Program-made: the position numbers and the translations under genes
Shown here: in pieces, positions 25,611 to 36,006 of the stretch
Layout: every line of letters begins with the position of its first letter
Numbering within the stretch: position 1 is the stretch's first letter
Notes under the pieces: generated by a model
Told to the model about the DNA's origin: nothing
Database searches by the model: none
The model's input: the letters and a program-made list of their open reading frames with translations, nothing else
IMG/VR virus record: IMGVR_UViG_3300045974_000383
Location: 1-37,490 of that record
Source: a virus
Lineage: Duplodnaviria; Caudoviricetes
Reading direction: 5' to 3' (one strand)
DNA length: 37,490 nt

Positions 25611-25994
25611 TTACTGTCCAAGAGAGGTCGCATATAGCCACAGCGTACCAGTTGTGTTGGCAGATGTAGAAGTGAAGATGCAACGTAGGAACGGGAATGG
25701 TGTCTGTGCGACTGTCACAGCTGTGTTAGAACCAGTTGGGCTGGTAACAGCAACGCCAGTGACTGGTACCCATGATCCGTTACCGATTGTATTCTGGATA
25801 GCATTGGGCATAGAGTACTGATAGTCAGCACTTCCCTGCACAGTTAGCGTTCCAGTAAGAGAACCAGCAGATGCAGCACCACCTAGCTGGTAGGTGACCT
25901 GGTGGATTCTACGGCAGTCTGTGACAGAGCTTGTGAAGCTAGCAGTCAAGATTGTTAGAGGTGATACTGGTGTTGGTCCGATGATCGTATTCAT
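25611..25994 (-). CDS. Putative structural protein
   Basis: AAGGAG RBS; LTGTLTVQGS...W...FLR beta-sandwich pattern. Confidence 0.6.
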   Translation of the reverse strand: MNTIIGPTPVSPLTILTASFTSSVTDCRRIHQVTYQLGGAASAGSLTGTLTVQGSADYQYSMPNAIQNTIGNGSWVPVTGVAVTSPTGSNTAVTVAQTPFPFLRCIFTSTSANTTGTLWLYATSLGQ

Positions 25995-26055
25995 TGTATT
26001 GCTCCTTGTGGGCTCGGAAGGCGTAGTTCCTTCCTAGCATTGGGTATAGATAGTC

Positions 26056-28269
26056 TTACTTCAGGCCTCGAGACGCAGCTGATTGCATCGGAGTCATTGT
26101 TCTTGAAGGTAATGTTAGCTTACCTTGCTTGCCACCTTGTGTTGCCTGACCTGGCATCTTGCCTCCCATCGTCGGGAAAGCAATTGCTTGCTGGCTTGCC
26201 TTGATTGATGCTGCACTCATTGTTCCATCCATGTCTACGCCAAACAGGACGCTAGCTCCAAGCCTGCTCTTGTAGGGAACACCCTTTTGTCCAGCGACAG
26301 AGCTCCAGAAGTGCAGCTCCATGTTCTTAAGAAGCTCTGGATACACAGTCCTGATTGCCTCTGCATGTTCAGGCATGATTGTTCCTTCTCGTGCCATCTT
26401 CATTACAGACATTGGTTTGGTAACAGCTTCAAAGTGTCTGTTCCATGCAGCCATTTCCTGCTGGCTGTACGACCACTTCTGTCCTAGTGGACCTGTGGTT
26501 GGGTGCTGCGGAAGCTTGTCTGATAGATACGCAGCAGCCTTAGCTGTAAGAGCCATGATAGCTGCACCTGTATTTGGAGCATGTTGGTTAAGATCACTGT
26601 AGAATTCTCCAAGCTTGCCAGAGCTTCCATCTGCGTTCTGAGCGAATGATTGGAACTGAGCTCTGTTCTCTTCGAACTGACGCTCAGTTGTAGGGCGGTC
26701 TCTCTTGAAAGAGTTAGCAATGCCAGCGGCAGCGAATCCACGTCCAGGCGATCCTGTGTTTTTAATTCCTCTTGCAAGAGAGTCCATTCCTGCTTCAACA
26801 AGTTTGTTGGCTGTTTGCGCTGCTCTCTCCAAAGCAGCAAGCGCACGCAATGTAGTTGCAGGATTTTTAAGAGCTTCACCAACTTTAACAGCAGCACCGA
26901 TTCCAGAAGCAATTGACGTTGCAGCTCCTACGCCAGGCATGCCGAGCTTTGACATCACAGAACCAATACCCAATCCACCTATGATAGTGGATGCGTCTGG
27001 ACCTACCTGAGTGTTCTGAGCGCTGGTCCTGGCGAAGTTAATTGCTGTCCTAAGCTTGTCAGGGTCAGCTCCCAGGAACTCAGCAGAGAATGCTTGCGCT
27101 TGATTGCGTGCCTTTATAACGTCTGCTGCCTTGAACCTCTTTGTCTGGTCCAGGAACTTTTCTAGAGCATATGCTGCATCTGGATCAACAGTCTTGAACA
27201 TGAACTCTGATACCTTGTCTGCTGATACCTTGTTACCGTCCATGAAGTATTGGTTGAACTGTGATCTGACGTGTGGCTTGCTCACACCAGCACTCTTAAC
27301 AGACGCGTCAGCCAGAGACTGCAGCTGAGTTACGAAGTCAGCAATTTTCTCACCAGCCTTTACTGGGTCATCACCTAGCTTGGCCCACTTCTCACCTTTG
27401 GCCATTGTCAATGGGTCTTGAAGAACTGCTCTATTGGCAACCAGATCTTCTGTTATTCCACGTGCAGGACCACCGAGCTTCTCAGCAATTGCAGGATACT
27501 TCTCGAGGAATGCACCACCACCCTTCTCAGCAAGATCTACTACACCTTTCTTAGCAGTCTTAGCTCCGGCTCCTACTCCGAACTCAAGAGCTCCCAGAGC
27601 ACCACCAACAACAGAACCCCCAAGAGCACCCGCGAGCATATGTGGCAAAAGCGTTTCAGCAGTGGCATTTGGATCTCCTATCATGTCTTCTGAAAGACGT
27701 CCACCAGCTCCGTAGACAGCACCCTCTACAGCAGAGCCAGCAGCTCTTCCAGCAAGTCGTTGAATTGTGCTTGCTGTTGCAGCATCACCTACAACTGCTG
27801 CTTCAATACCACGAGCAAATCTAGAAGTAGCAGCAACAGGAGTAAGACGAGCAGCAGCTCTTACAGTTCCAAGAGCTCCCTTTGTTGCAGCCGCTGTGGT
27901 CTCAACAGCTCCAGCTCCACCTGCAGTTAGAAGCATTGGAGCAACTACACCTGCAATCTCAGATCCAAGGCTTACTGCTGGGTGAGCTTCGTCTATTGCC
28001 TTTAGCTGTTCCTGACCCAATAGTGCTCTTGCTGGAATGTCAGACAGTCCCAGGGTAGCACCCCTGGCCATACCAAGTGCTCCAGCAGCCAGCGTGTAGC
28101 CAGGACCACCATACTGGTCACCCAGTTGGAACTCCTTAGCCAATACTGGTGACAGTGGAACAAGCCCCTGCGCTACAACTGAAGGGACCTGCTCTCTTGG
28201 CACAGCTATGACACGACCAGCGTGGTCATAGAAATATGTGCTTGTGTCAGTTACTGTGTTTTCTGCCAT
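26056..28269 (-). CDS. Internal virion/DNA ejection protein
   Basis: 737 aa, Ala/Gly-rich with hydrophobic GxxxG segments (RGATLGLSD); position in the ejection cluster. Confidence 0.7.
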   Translation of the reverse strand: MAENTVTDTSTYFYDHAGRVIAVPREQVPSVVAQGLVPLSPVLAKEFQLGDQYGGPGYTLAAGALGMARGATLGLSDIPARALLGQEQLKAIDEAHPAVSLGSEIAGVVAPMLLTAGGAGAVETTAAATKGALGTVRAAARLTPVAATSRFARGIEAAVVGDAATASTIQRLAGRAAGSAVEGAVYGAGGRLSEDMIGDPNATAETLLPHMLAGALGGSVVGGALGALEFGVGAGAKTAKKGVVDLAEKGGGAFLEKYPAIAEKLGGPARGITEDLVANRAVLQDPLTMAKGEKWAKLGDDPVKAGEKIADFVTQLQSLADASVKSAGVSKPHVRSQFNQYFMDGNKVSADKVSEFMFKTVDPDAAYALEKFLDQTKRFKAADVIKARNQAQAFSAEFLGADPDKLRTAINFARTSAQNTQVGPDASTIIGGLGIGSVMSKLGMPGVGAATSIASGIGAAVKVGEALKNPATTLRALAALERAAQTANKLVEAGMDSLARGIKNTGSPGRGFAAAGIANSFKRDRPTTERQFEENRAQFQSFAQNADGSSGKLGEFYSDLNQHAPNTGAAIMALTAKAAAYLSDKLPQHPTTGPLGQKWSYSQQEMAAWNRHFEAVTKPMSVMKMAREGTIMPEHAEAIRTVYPELLKNMELHFWSSVAGQKGVPYKSRLGASVLFGVDMDGTMSAASIKASQQAIAFPTMGGKMPGQATQGGKQGKLTLPSRTMTPMQSAASRGLK

Positions 28270-28272
28270 TGG

Positions 28273-31200
28273 TTACCTTATTGGAAGAAGATAGGTGTCT
28301 TGAATTGTGCGACGCTTTTGTTCAATAGCAGAACGTAGGACGTCGAATGAAGACTTGACCTTGCCTGTTGCGCTGCCCCAGATGCTTGATGGATTTGCAA
28401 TGGCGCTTTCAATGATTTCACGTTCACCCTGGTTGAGGCGCATAAGACCTTCCTGAGCCTGGTTCCATGAGAGCAGCAAGTCATCAAGAAGAGACTTGGC
28501 TTGCTGTCTGGTTGCAGGAAGAATTGCACCAAGTGGATTTGCACGACGGAAGTCATCGAGCTTCTGCAACTTGAGCTTAACTTCTCTATTGGCAGCAAGA
28601 TCTCTGCGTGCAAGCTTTGCATCCTCTGGGCTACGAGCATAACGACGCTCAGCGACTATCTTGACGATAGGCTGTCCAGTGCGCTCATCGATTTGTGGCT
28701 TACCATTCTTGTCTACTGCGTAGCGTTCCTCATCTACCATTACCTGCTGCTCAAGTAGCTTGCGCTGTTCTTCTGGTGGAAGAGCTTCGAAGGTTGCCTG
28801 AGCAGGACCCTCTCCACTGCCTGTAAGGATCTGAGCCATTGCACGCTGAGCAGCGAGCTGGCGTTCAACGCCAGCACGAGCCATCTGGATCTGACCTTCC
28901 GCTGCCTTTGCATTAGCAGCTGCTTCTGGACCTTGTGCTCTCGCTCCTGCCTCAGCTATCTGTCCCTGAACAACTGCAAGGATCTGTGAGCGAGTCATGA
29001 GCTCAGCCTGAATCATGTTCTCAGTCTTTTGCAAGTTGTATGACAACAGGTTCTGTCCCTTCGTGATGTTTGCCTTCTGAGCATCAATGTTCTGGTCAAT
29101 ACGACGCTGGATAACTGCCAGAGCCTGGTTTGGACCACCTGTCAGACCAGCACCAGCACCACCAACGATGAGTGAGATTGCTCCGAGGATCTTGTTACCA
29201 ACGCCACCACCTGGCTGACCGTCTTCCCAGAACTGGTTAGGATCAACCTTCATGTTGCGAACACTTTCATAAAGATTGTTGTTCTCTTTTTGAGCAGCAG
29301 CAAGATTAGTTTGGAACCTCTCCTCCTGAACCTTCATGTTCTCGTTTGCCTTCTTCCAAGCTTCTGACTGCTCAGCGCCAAGAGTTCCACGAACCTTAGC
29401 AGCATCACGAGCAGCCTGAGACTGCAGATCGAAAGCCTTACCATAACCAAAGTCACCGAGTCCACCAGGACCCTGACCAGGAGTTTGAGGAGTTCCAGGA
29501 AGTGATGCATTTGTCTCTGGAGGAGGAAGAGCAGTTACCTGAGTAGAAAGCTGTGGACCACCAGGACCGCCAGCAGCACCTGGGAACACACTGCGAGCAG
29601 CTTCAGCTGCAGCAGCAAGACTTACTGGAGCAGCACCACCTGGAGTGCGATACTCGTCTCTGATTACTCCTGCTGGTCCGTAGTACTTGTTTCCACCGTC
29701 AGCAACAGCATCCAGGATTGGCTTCTCTGGTGGCTGATATGGTGGTTGCTGTGCTTCTACGAGGTTAGGCTTTGAAACATAGTCTGGCGTTGGTGTGTTG
29801 TTTGGATCAAGCTTTACCTTGTGACCAAGTCCAGTGTAGTATGCTGCTACAGCTTCTGGAGTATTTGGAATTTCTGCTGGTACAGGAGGAAGTGGTTCGT
29901 TTATAGCGACGTCTGTGTTAACAGGAGGAGCTACTGCACCACCCTCAGCAAATTTGCGTCTGTGCTTCAGAAGCTTCTTAAAGCTGTCATCATCTTCATC
30001 ACCATCTTTTGCATTGATCTGACGAACAAACTCTGCAGCAGCTTCAGGATCATGAGCAATACTCTTTGGGATGACAATCTCTTCCGGCGTAAGCAATGCT
30101 GGGACGACGTCATTTGCCTCTGTGTCACCTTCATACTGAGCCTCGCCAGGGACTAGGCCTCCCTGAGTTACGTCAAGTCTTCCACCATGTGCAGCCATAG
30201 CCAACCCAGCTATTGGGAAGTCTCCAACGGCGCTAGCACCAGCAGGAAGACTTAGATTCATACCAGCACTTTCATCAACAATAGGTCCAGCTGTTCCAGC
30301 AACTTGAGGTGTAGTAGGAGCTGGTGACTTACCCTTTCCACCAATTCCAGTAAACATGTTCTGCAAACTCTTGCGGCTATCACTTCCCAAACCATTAAAG
30401 TAGTCTGGAATCTCTCCACCTTCATACAGCTTCATGATCTGGCTGCCATACGTTGGCTTGCCACCTTGAGCAAGTTTACGTGGAGCAAGAGCAGGGTGAA
30501 CACGCTTGAGACCGTCAGCACCCTCAGCTACCATTCCTGGGTTTAGCTTTTCTACGTCCTGAGCGATAACACCCTCATAGACTTGAGGTGAACCCTTATA
30601 TCTGAAGATAGCCTTTGGATCTCCGAACTCGTCATTCTGTCCTGTGTAGGAGATGTCTTCCTTAGCACGTTCGTCAGACATTGCAGCTGCTCCTGCAGAT
30701 GCAGCACCACCAAGAAGACCACCAACAAGACCAGCATTGACGTTTGCATTCTGTCCAGCAACACCAGCATTGATCTGCTGAGCACCCATCTGCATGTTAG
30801 CATTCTGAGCAGCAGTTTGCTGATTGAGCTGTTGCTGCTGCTGAAGATTTGAAAGTGTCAGAGCATTCTGTCCCTGTTGCAGACCACCAGCTCCTTGCAA
30901 CATTCCCAAGTTCTGCTGACCCATCTGACCAGCAAGACCAGCCTGAGCACCCATAGCTCCGAACTGCTCCTGCATCCTTGTCTGAGCAGAAGCCATAGCA
31001 CTCTGTCCAGCAAGAGCAGACTGGTTCTGTAGAGCCATTCTTCCAGCAAGAGCAGGGTTTATACCTTTGATTCCTGCTGCTTGTCCAGCAGCTGCAGCCT
31101 GAGAAGACTGCAAACCCTGTTGAAGTTGTAGTTGAGCAAGAGAAGGACCTCTGCCAGCAGCCATTTCACCAAACTGGTTGTACAATGACTGTTGATTAGC

Positions 31201-31353
31201 CATGTTACCTTGCTGGTTAGCTTGAGAATTAGCAATGCTATTGGCGTAATCTGACTTTTGAAGGTCTGCCTGCTGAGCTTGATAGTTATTTGTTGCAGGC
31301 GTAGCCTGGAACTTGTTTGACTTGCCACCTAGTACATTCCCTATAAAACCCAT
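28273..31353 (-). CDS. Internal virion/pilot protein with internal Peptidase_S74-like domain
   Basis: Gln/Ala/Gly-rich N-terminus, then MSDERAKEDI...FRYKG...GVIAQDVEK...V.EG.DGLKRV. Confidence 0.75.
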   Translation of the reverse strand: MGFIGNVLGGKSNKFQATPATNNYQAQQADLQKSDYANSIANSQANQQGNMANQQSLYNQFGEMAAGRGPSLAQLQLQQGLQSSQAAAAGQAAGIKGINPALAGRMALQNQSALAGQSAMASAQTRMQEQFGAMGAQAGLAGQMGQQNLGMLQGAGGLQQGQNALTLSNLQQQQQLNQQTAAQNANMQMGAQQINAGVAGQNANVNAGLVGGLLGGAASAGAAAMSDERAKEDISYTGQNDEFGDPKAIFRYKGSPQVYEGVIAQDVEKLNPGMVAEGADGLKRVHPALAPRKLAQGGKPTYGSQIMKLYEGGEIPDYFNGLGSDSRKSLQNMFTGIGGKGKSPAPTTPQVAGTAGPIVDESAGMNLSLPAGASAVGDFPIAGLAMAAHGGRLDVTQGGLVPGEAQYEGDTEANDVVPALLTPEEIVIPKSIAHDPEAAAEFVRQINAKDGDEDDDSFKKLLKHRRKFAEGGAVAPPVNTDVAINEPLPPVPAEIPNTPEAVAAYYTGLGHKVKLDPNNTPTPDYVSKPNLVEAQQPPYQPPEKPILDAVADGGNKYYGPAGVIRDEYRTPGGAAPVSLAAAAEAARSVFPGAAGGPGGPQLSTQVTALPPPETNASLPGTPQTPGQGPGGLGDFGYGKAFDLQSQAARDAAKVRGTLGAEQSEAWKKANENMKVQEERFQTNLAAAQKENNNLYESVRNMKVDPNQFWEDGQPGGGVGNKILGAISLIVGGAGAGLTGGPNQALAVIQRRIDQNIDAQKANITKGQNLLSYNLQKTENMIQAELMTRSQILAVVQGQIAEAGARAQGPEAAANAKAAEGQIQMARAGVERQLAAQRAMAQILTGSGEGPAQATFEALPPEEQRKLLEQQVMVDEERYAVDKNGKPQIDERTGQPIVKIVAERRYARSPEDAKLARRDLAANREVKLKLQKLDDFRRANPLGAILPATRQQAKSLLDDLLLSWNQAQEGLMRLNQGEREIIESAIANPSSIWGSATGKVKSSFDVLRSAIEQKRRTIQDTYLLPIR

Positions 31354-31355
31354 TG

Positions 31356-31766
31356 TTATGTCTCCTTCGTCATCATACGATACAGTCCCATATCTCTAAG
31401 ACCATGTCGTAGAGCTCTGTGGCCAATACTGTCATCACTAAATAGTGCTACAGCGATTGAAAAACCTAAAGTCTTAGACATCTTCAACAAACCATCTGTT
31501 ATCTCGTCTAGAGCAAGATTTCTTTCTTTTGCAGGAGCTTCTGGATTTGTGCAGTAACCTTCAATAATACACCAGCTTGTATCTGTCTTGACTAGAAATC
31601 CAATGGCAACACCAGGAACGATCAATCCTGTTGTAGGAAACGCTCTGTTCCCTGGCCACGGCATCCCATGTGCAGTATGCCACTTGTGCAGCTCTTTTAA
31701 GTCACCCTCTCGGGTAGCACGTGCCCTTACAGAAGGGACCACTTGTGCATCTATGGATGCTTCCAT
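31356..31766 (-). CDS. GNAT-like small protein between nozzle and ejection genes
   Basis: VRARATREGDLKELHKW start and typical syntenic position (T7 gp13-like slot). Confidence 0.5.
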   Translation of the reverse strand: MEASIDAQVVPSVRARATREGDLKELHKWHTAHGMPWPGNRAFPTTGLIVPGVAIGFLVKTDTSWCIIEGYCTNPEAPAKERNLALDEITDGLLKMSKTLGFSIAVALFSDDSIGHRALRHGLRDMGLYRMMTKET

Positions 31767-34717
31767 TAGCCGAAGCTCCTAACTGCTGCAACCTTGTTGA
31801 GACCCTTCTTACCACCTACTTCTAGACTTAGCACAGATAGGCTCAGTCCTTCGTTAGCAGACGTTTGGATATCTTCAAGACTGAACTGAACAGCCTGGCA
31901 CTTCTGTCTTGACATGAAGACACGCCACTGGTAAAGAGGGAAGTTGCCACCATAAACGAGATCTGCACCGTATGGAGAAGTAGAACCGTAGGTATTAGGA
32001 GATACGATGTTTGCTGGAATGATCTTGACTTCCTGAACTTGCGATGGATTGAAGTCATAAGCAACACCTACCTTGAGTGTATGAGTTCCTGCGTACTCAC
32101 CAAGTATCATGAGCTTGTATATGCGCTGGAATCCCTGCAGCTGTGCAAATGACAGCCATGAAGTAACAATACGGAGCTTGATAGCTTGTCCTGCGTCAGA
32201 GTACACTCCAGGATTTTCTTGACGTACTCTGCCGTCTGCCTGGCAGTACGTATGCAAGTTCTGGAAGATGCATGATGACACACTGTTTATGTTTGTGAAC
32301 ACACCCCATTGCTGGAAGTAGTAATCATAAACAAGAGCAACTCTATTGTCTAGAGTGAAGCGTACCTGAGTTGTTGTTGGGATAAGCTCTGCTGACGTAA
32401 CTGTGTTAGAGTTGTATGCCTCTACTTCTGCTCCGATGTATGAAACCTGTAGTGACCTGTCAAGAAGATACATACCCTTGCGGCTCTTGTAGTAAATGCC
32501 TTGTGGCGTGATGACAACAGAGCGTGGGTCGATGCATCCACCGTCTGTTGATATCAAATAGCCAGAGTTGAAATCGTTCTGGTCACCTGTTGGTGTTGGT
32601 CCTTGTCCTACGACGTAGAAGATGCTGTTCTCCTTGAAGACAATCAGCTTGTCGTCTAGTGGAACTATGGCAGTTATGTTGCCACCACGAGCATCGATAG
32701 GAAGAGTGAGCAAGTCTGAGAACTCTACTGGCTGTCCCTGAATAACCTGTTTTGAGTACCACAACTGTAGCCTGTTCTGGTGGTCTATTGCAAAGAGCCT
32801 GTTCTGGTATTGCACGATAGAGCCACAAGGACCAAGACCGATGTTTTCAATAACTCCACCAGTTGTGTACAACAAGTTGTTTCCCTGAGCTGCTGCGTCA
32901 TCAACGTTGTCGACTATTGTTATGCTACGAGCAGTTGTATCATTGATCTTAGAGTTTACCTTGTACCAGACAGAGCCGTTTGCAAGTGTCCTGTATAGAA
33001 CAATGTAAACTGCTCTGCGCACATCTGTCTTTGCTGTTATTCTAAGAGTTGGGATGGTGACAGTTACTGTGTGACCAGAAGCAATAGGAGTGTTATCTTT
33101 GTATTGAAGCGCTGGTGATGGTGCTGAGCGGTGTATCTGCCCTTGGTTATCCATCCATTCATAACATGCAACATATTGATATAGATTTGAACCACCAGGG
33201 CTGGTAACTGATAGGTCTTCTGGGAACAGGTGGAACCCGTGTTCAACAGGAGCACCACCATCGTACATAGACAGGAAGCCACCTCCAATGTGAAGAGTTC
33301 TAGCTAGCTCTGACGTGCTAAATGTCTCTGAAGGGTTGTTGAAGTCTATAATAAAACTGTCTATACCTGTCTGAGTGTACAACACACCGCCAGACGCCTC
33401 AAGATAATCTTTAGTAAGAACTGGTATTAGGAACTGTTCATCTACGATGTATGAAGTTTCTGCTACTTGACTTCTTGCACGAGTTCCACCACCCTGTCCT
33501 TGATTAATTCTGGCAACAACTCTGCCGCTTGAGTCCATCACGAAATACGTTGATTGCAGTGTGCTTAAATGAGTGCTGACAAAATACGTGATGTTGTTGT
33601 TTTTAAATGCCTTGCCAGATAGACCAACACTGCTGGCTATCGTGCTATAAGACCAGCTTGTGTAGTTTGTGAATGAGTGTAGAACAATGTCAAGTAGGAT
33701 AGAGTTGTTTGTAACAACGCCTGCATTAGTAACTTCAATAGCGATGTCGTAATTTCCAGTTCCAGACTTTACGACACCAGTCATCCTGGTAAGTCCAGCA
33801 AGACCAGACACTGTGACGTTAGATCTAACTGTTGTTAGACCTGCGTAGTTCAAGTATGAACTAACAATGTTAGTTCCTGTAGATCTACAAACGTAAATAA
33901 TATCAGAAATTGTCTGGTCGCCAAACAATGAGCAGCACGTATACGCACCAGCTGTCTCTTCCTGAGTAGAATCTAGTACTAAAATGTTGCTGTACTTGTA
34001 CGTGTAAAACTTTGTTGTACCTGAGAAGCTAACAAACATTGATGAACCAATATAAGCGACGTCGTATGTGTTTAGAGCAGTCATGTTTGTTGATACAAGC
34101 ACTTGTGCATTCAACACTGTCGGGCTTCCTATTGACACACTCTTAAACATGAGTGAGTTGCTAGCTGAAATGCAATAGAAAAATACAAAGTAATCGCCAA
34201 CACAGATAACCTTAGGCGACACACCAGTAGAATGTAGAGCTGCGTCAAGAACAATCTGGCTGTTTGTGTTGGTATCAACAATGCTGTATCGTGCGCCACC
34301 AGAGCTATCTTCGTAGACGTAAGCTGAAAGTCCAGATGAGTGGTAAGCTGCGTCCTGTTCAGTTTGCTGTGACGTGTTCCTAACAACAGGTGTCTTTGTA
34401 GTAGATACAGACTTTAGACTTCCCTTGCTAAGCCACTTACCATTTGATGTATTATAGCTGTAAAGAGATGATCCATCAAGTAATGTAAGCTCATCTAGAT
34501 AGCTAGAAATACCTTGACCAGAAGATATAGTTGAGTTACTTCCAACAATTGCATTGTTAAATTGCTGGAATCCATTTCTCTTGCACAACCTGTTCTTGCT
34601 GAAGAATACACCGTTCTCAAGAGTAAGCAATTTACCAGGAACAACCTGTTTAGGGTCTGTTTTGGTATCAAGCCCAGCAGCAAGCTGGATGCTTATGTTT
34701 TGCTTTTGCAGTGGCAT
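31766..34717 (-). CDS. Tail nozzle / tail tubular B-like protein
   Basis: 983 aa, beta-propeller-like C-terminal half (NRLF...WYSK...ITAIVPLDDKLIVFKENSIF...GCIDPRSVV...GIYY.S.KG.Y). Confidence 0.75.
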   Translation of the reverse strand: MPLQKQNISIQLAAGLDTKTDPKQVVPGKLLTLENGVFFSKNRLCKRNGFQQFNNAIVGSNSTISSGQGISSYLDELTLLDGSSLYSYNTSNGKWLSKGSLKSVSTTKTPVVRNTSQQTEQDAAYHSSGLSAYVYEDSSGGARYSIVDTNTNSQIVLDAALHSTGVSPKVICVGDYFVFFYCISASNSLMFKSVSIGSPTVLNAQVLVSTNMTALNTYDVAYIGSSMFVSFSGTTKFYTYKYSNILVLDSTQEETAGAYTCCSLFGDQTISDIIYVCRSTGTNIVSSYLNYAGLTTVRSNVTVSGLAGLTRMTGVVKSGTGNYDIAIEVTNAGVVTNNSILLDIVLHSFTNYTSWSYSTIASSVGLSGKAFKNNNITYFVSTHLSTLQSTYFVMDSSGRVVARINQGQGGGTRARSQVAETSYIVDEQFLIPVLTKDYLEASGGVLYTQTGIDSFIIDFNNPSETFSTSELARTLHIGGGFLSMYDGGAPVEHGFHLFPEDLSVTSPGGSNLYQYVACYEWMDNQGQIHRSAPSPALQYKDNTPIASGHTVTVTIPTLRITAKTDVRRAVYIVLYRTLANGSVWYKVNSKINDTTARSITIVDNVDDAAAQGNNLLYTTGGVIENIGLGPCGSIVQYQNRLFAIDHQNRLQLWYSKQVIQGQPVEFSDLLTLPIDARGGNITAIVPLDDKLIVFKENSIFYVVGQGPTPTGDQNDFNSGYLISTDGGCIDPRSVVITPQGIYYKSRKGMYLLDRSLQVSYIGAEVEAYNSNTVTSAELIPTTTQVRFTLDNRVALVYDYYFQQWGVFTNINSVSSCIFQNLHTYCQADGRVRQENPGVYSDAGQAIKLRIVTSWLSFAQLQGFQRIYKLMILGEYAGTHTLKVGVAYDFNPSQVQEVKIIPANIVSPNTYGSTSPYGADLVYGGNFPLYQWRVFMSRQKCQAVQFSLEDIQTSANEGLSLSVLSLEVGGKKGLNKVAAVRSFG

Positions 34718-34719
34718 TA

Positions 34720-35994
34720 TTACACCTCGAAGACTTTGAACCCGACGTAGCTAAAGAATGCAGTAGTTGAAGCATTGTCAACAGCAGCCTGCCAGCGATA
34801 CCAATACGTTCCAGCAGTGCTCTTATCAATTTCTGGTGGTACTACAAAATCAAATGTTGCTCCTGCTGTGCACATAGAAATCTGTCTTTCCCAGATTGTT
34901 GTGAGTCCGGTAGAGAATCCAGCGTTAGTAGCTCTCTGCATGCGGTAATACACAGTTCCTATAGCTCCTGCTCTTGATATGTTGCATGTTGTGATACCAG
35001 CTGAATATGGTGGGAATGAGAACACAAGCATTCTATTTCCTACCTGCGTTATAGACTGGTTAGCTGTAAGTAATGTTGTGAATGTTGTGCGAACAGATGT
35101 AACACTTGTTCCAGCACCAATTGACCCACCGTCTGGCACAGTCAACGCAGCCATATTTGTGGTAGCAACAGTCGTGGCTGCTATATTAGAACCAGATACC
35201 ATAGCTGGTGTTAGATGAGTGTTGTTCAATCCGCCAGCACTGATAGATGAACCTGATGCAGCTGCAGAAGCAAGTTTTGCGTATGTTACGCCTCCATTCT
35301 TGATTTGCAGACTTGTTGATGCAACTTCTAGAGTTGATCCATCAACTTCAACGCTGTCGTCGACAACGCCAGCTGACGTAATTCTCAAGAACTTTGTTGC
35401 TGCAGGAGCGGACGCTGGCAGTGTTAGTGTCCACGGTGTTGTTATAGCTGCATCAACGGCAAGAGTGACACCAGCTAGGCCTGTTGATTGTGGAGGCGGT
35501 ATCCATGAAGCTACACTGCGAATAAGATGTGGGCCTGTATCAAATAGAGCTGCGACGTCGGTGCTCTGCGTAAACTTGAATACCTTTGAAGCCGTGGTGT
35601 ATATTGCTGATGCTGTGCTAGTTCCATAGTCACCACCAATTCCACCAAGTCCAGCAGCGTTAAGTGATGCACCAGATGTTAGCTGGAATGAGGTGCCTGT
35701 GCCAGTGTTCCAGTATAGATCTCCACCGACAGAGTAGATGGCAGCTGTTGTAGCAGATGATAGCGTTGCTACCTGGTCATTGAACTGTATTGTCTTTACG
35801 CCTGTTGCTGAGAAATTGGCGAAAGGAAGATTTGCATCCATGTTGATACCAGAAGGACCAATCTGCGAACCCTGACCAACTGAGTGGTTATGGCTGTCGA
35901 TAATAGTAAGAGCAGCATTGAGTTGTGTAGCCCAGGCAGGTCCAATGGTAACAGAGACTGTTGGAAGTGTCAGGTTCATGAAAGTTGTGCTCAT
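34720..35994 (-). CDS. Tail fibre protein
   Basis: N-terminus MNLTLPTV...WATQLNAALTIIDSHNH; VDGSTLEV...LQIKNGGVTYAKLA fibre repeat. Confidence 0.7.
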   Translation of the reverse strand: MSTTFMNLTLPTVSVTIGPAWATQLNAALTIIDSHNHSVGQGSQIGPSGINMDANLPFANFSATGVKTIQFNDQVATLSSATTAAIYSVGGDLYWNTGTGTSFQLTSGASLNAAGLGGIGGDYGTSTASAIYTTASKVFKFTQSTDVAALFDTGPHLIRSVASWIPPPQSTGLAGVTLAVDAAITTPWTLTLPASAPAATKFLRITSAGVVDDSVEVDGSTLEVASTSLQIKNGGVTYAKLASAAASGSSISAGGLNNTHLTPAMVSGSNIAATTVATTNMAALTVPDGGSIGAGTSVTSVRTTFTTLLTANQSITQVGNRMLVFSFPPYSAGITTCNISRAGAIGTVYYRMQRATNAGFSTGLTTIWERQISMCTAGATFDFVVPPEIDKSTAGTYWYRWQAAVDNASTTAFFSYVGFKVFEV

Positions 35995-36006
35995 TACTGT
36001 GTCTCC

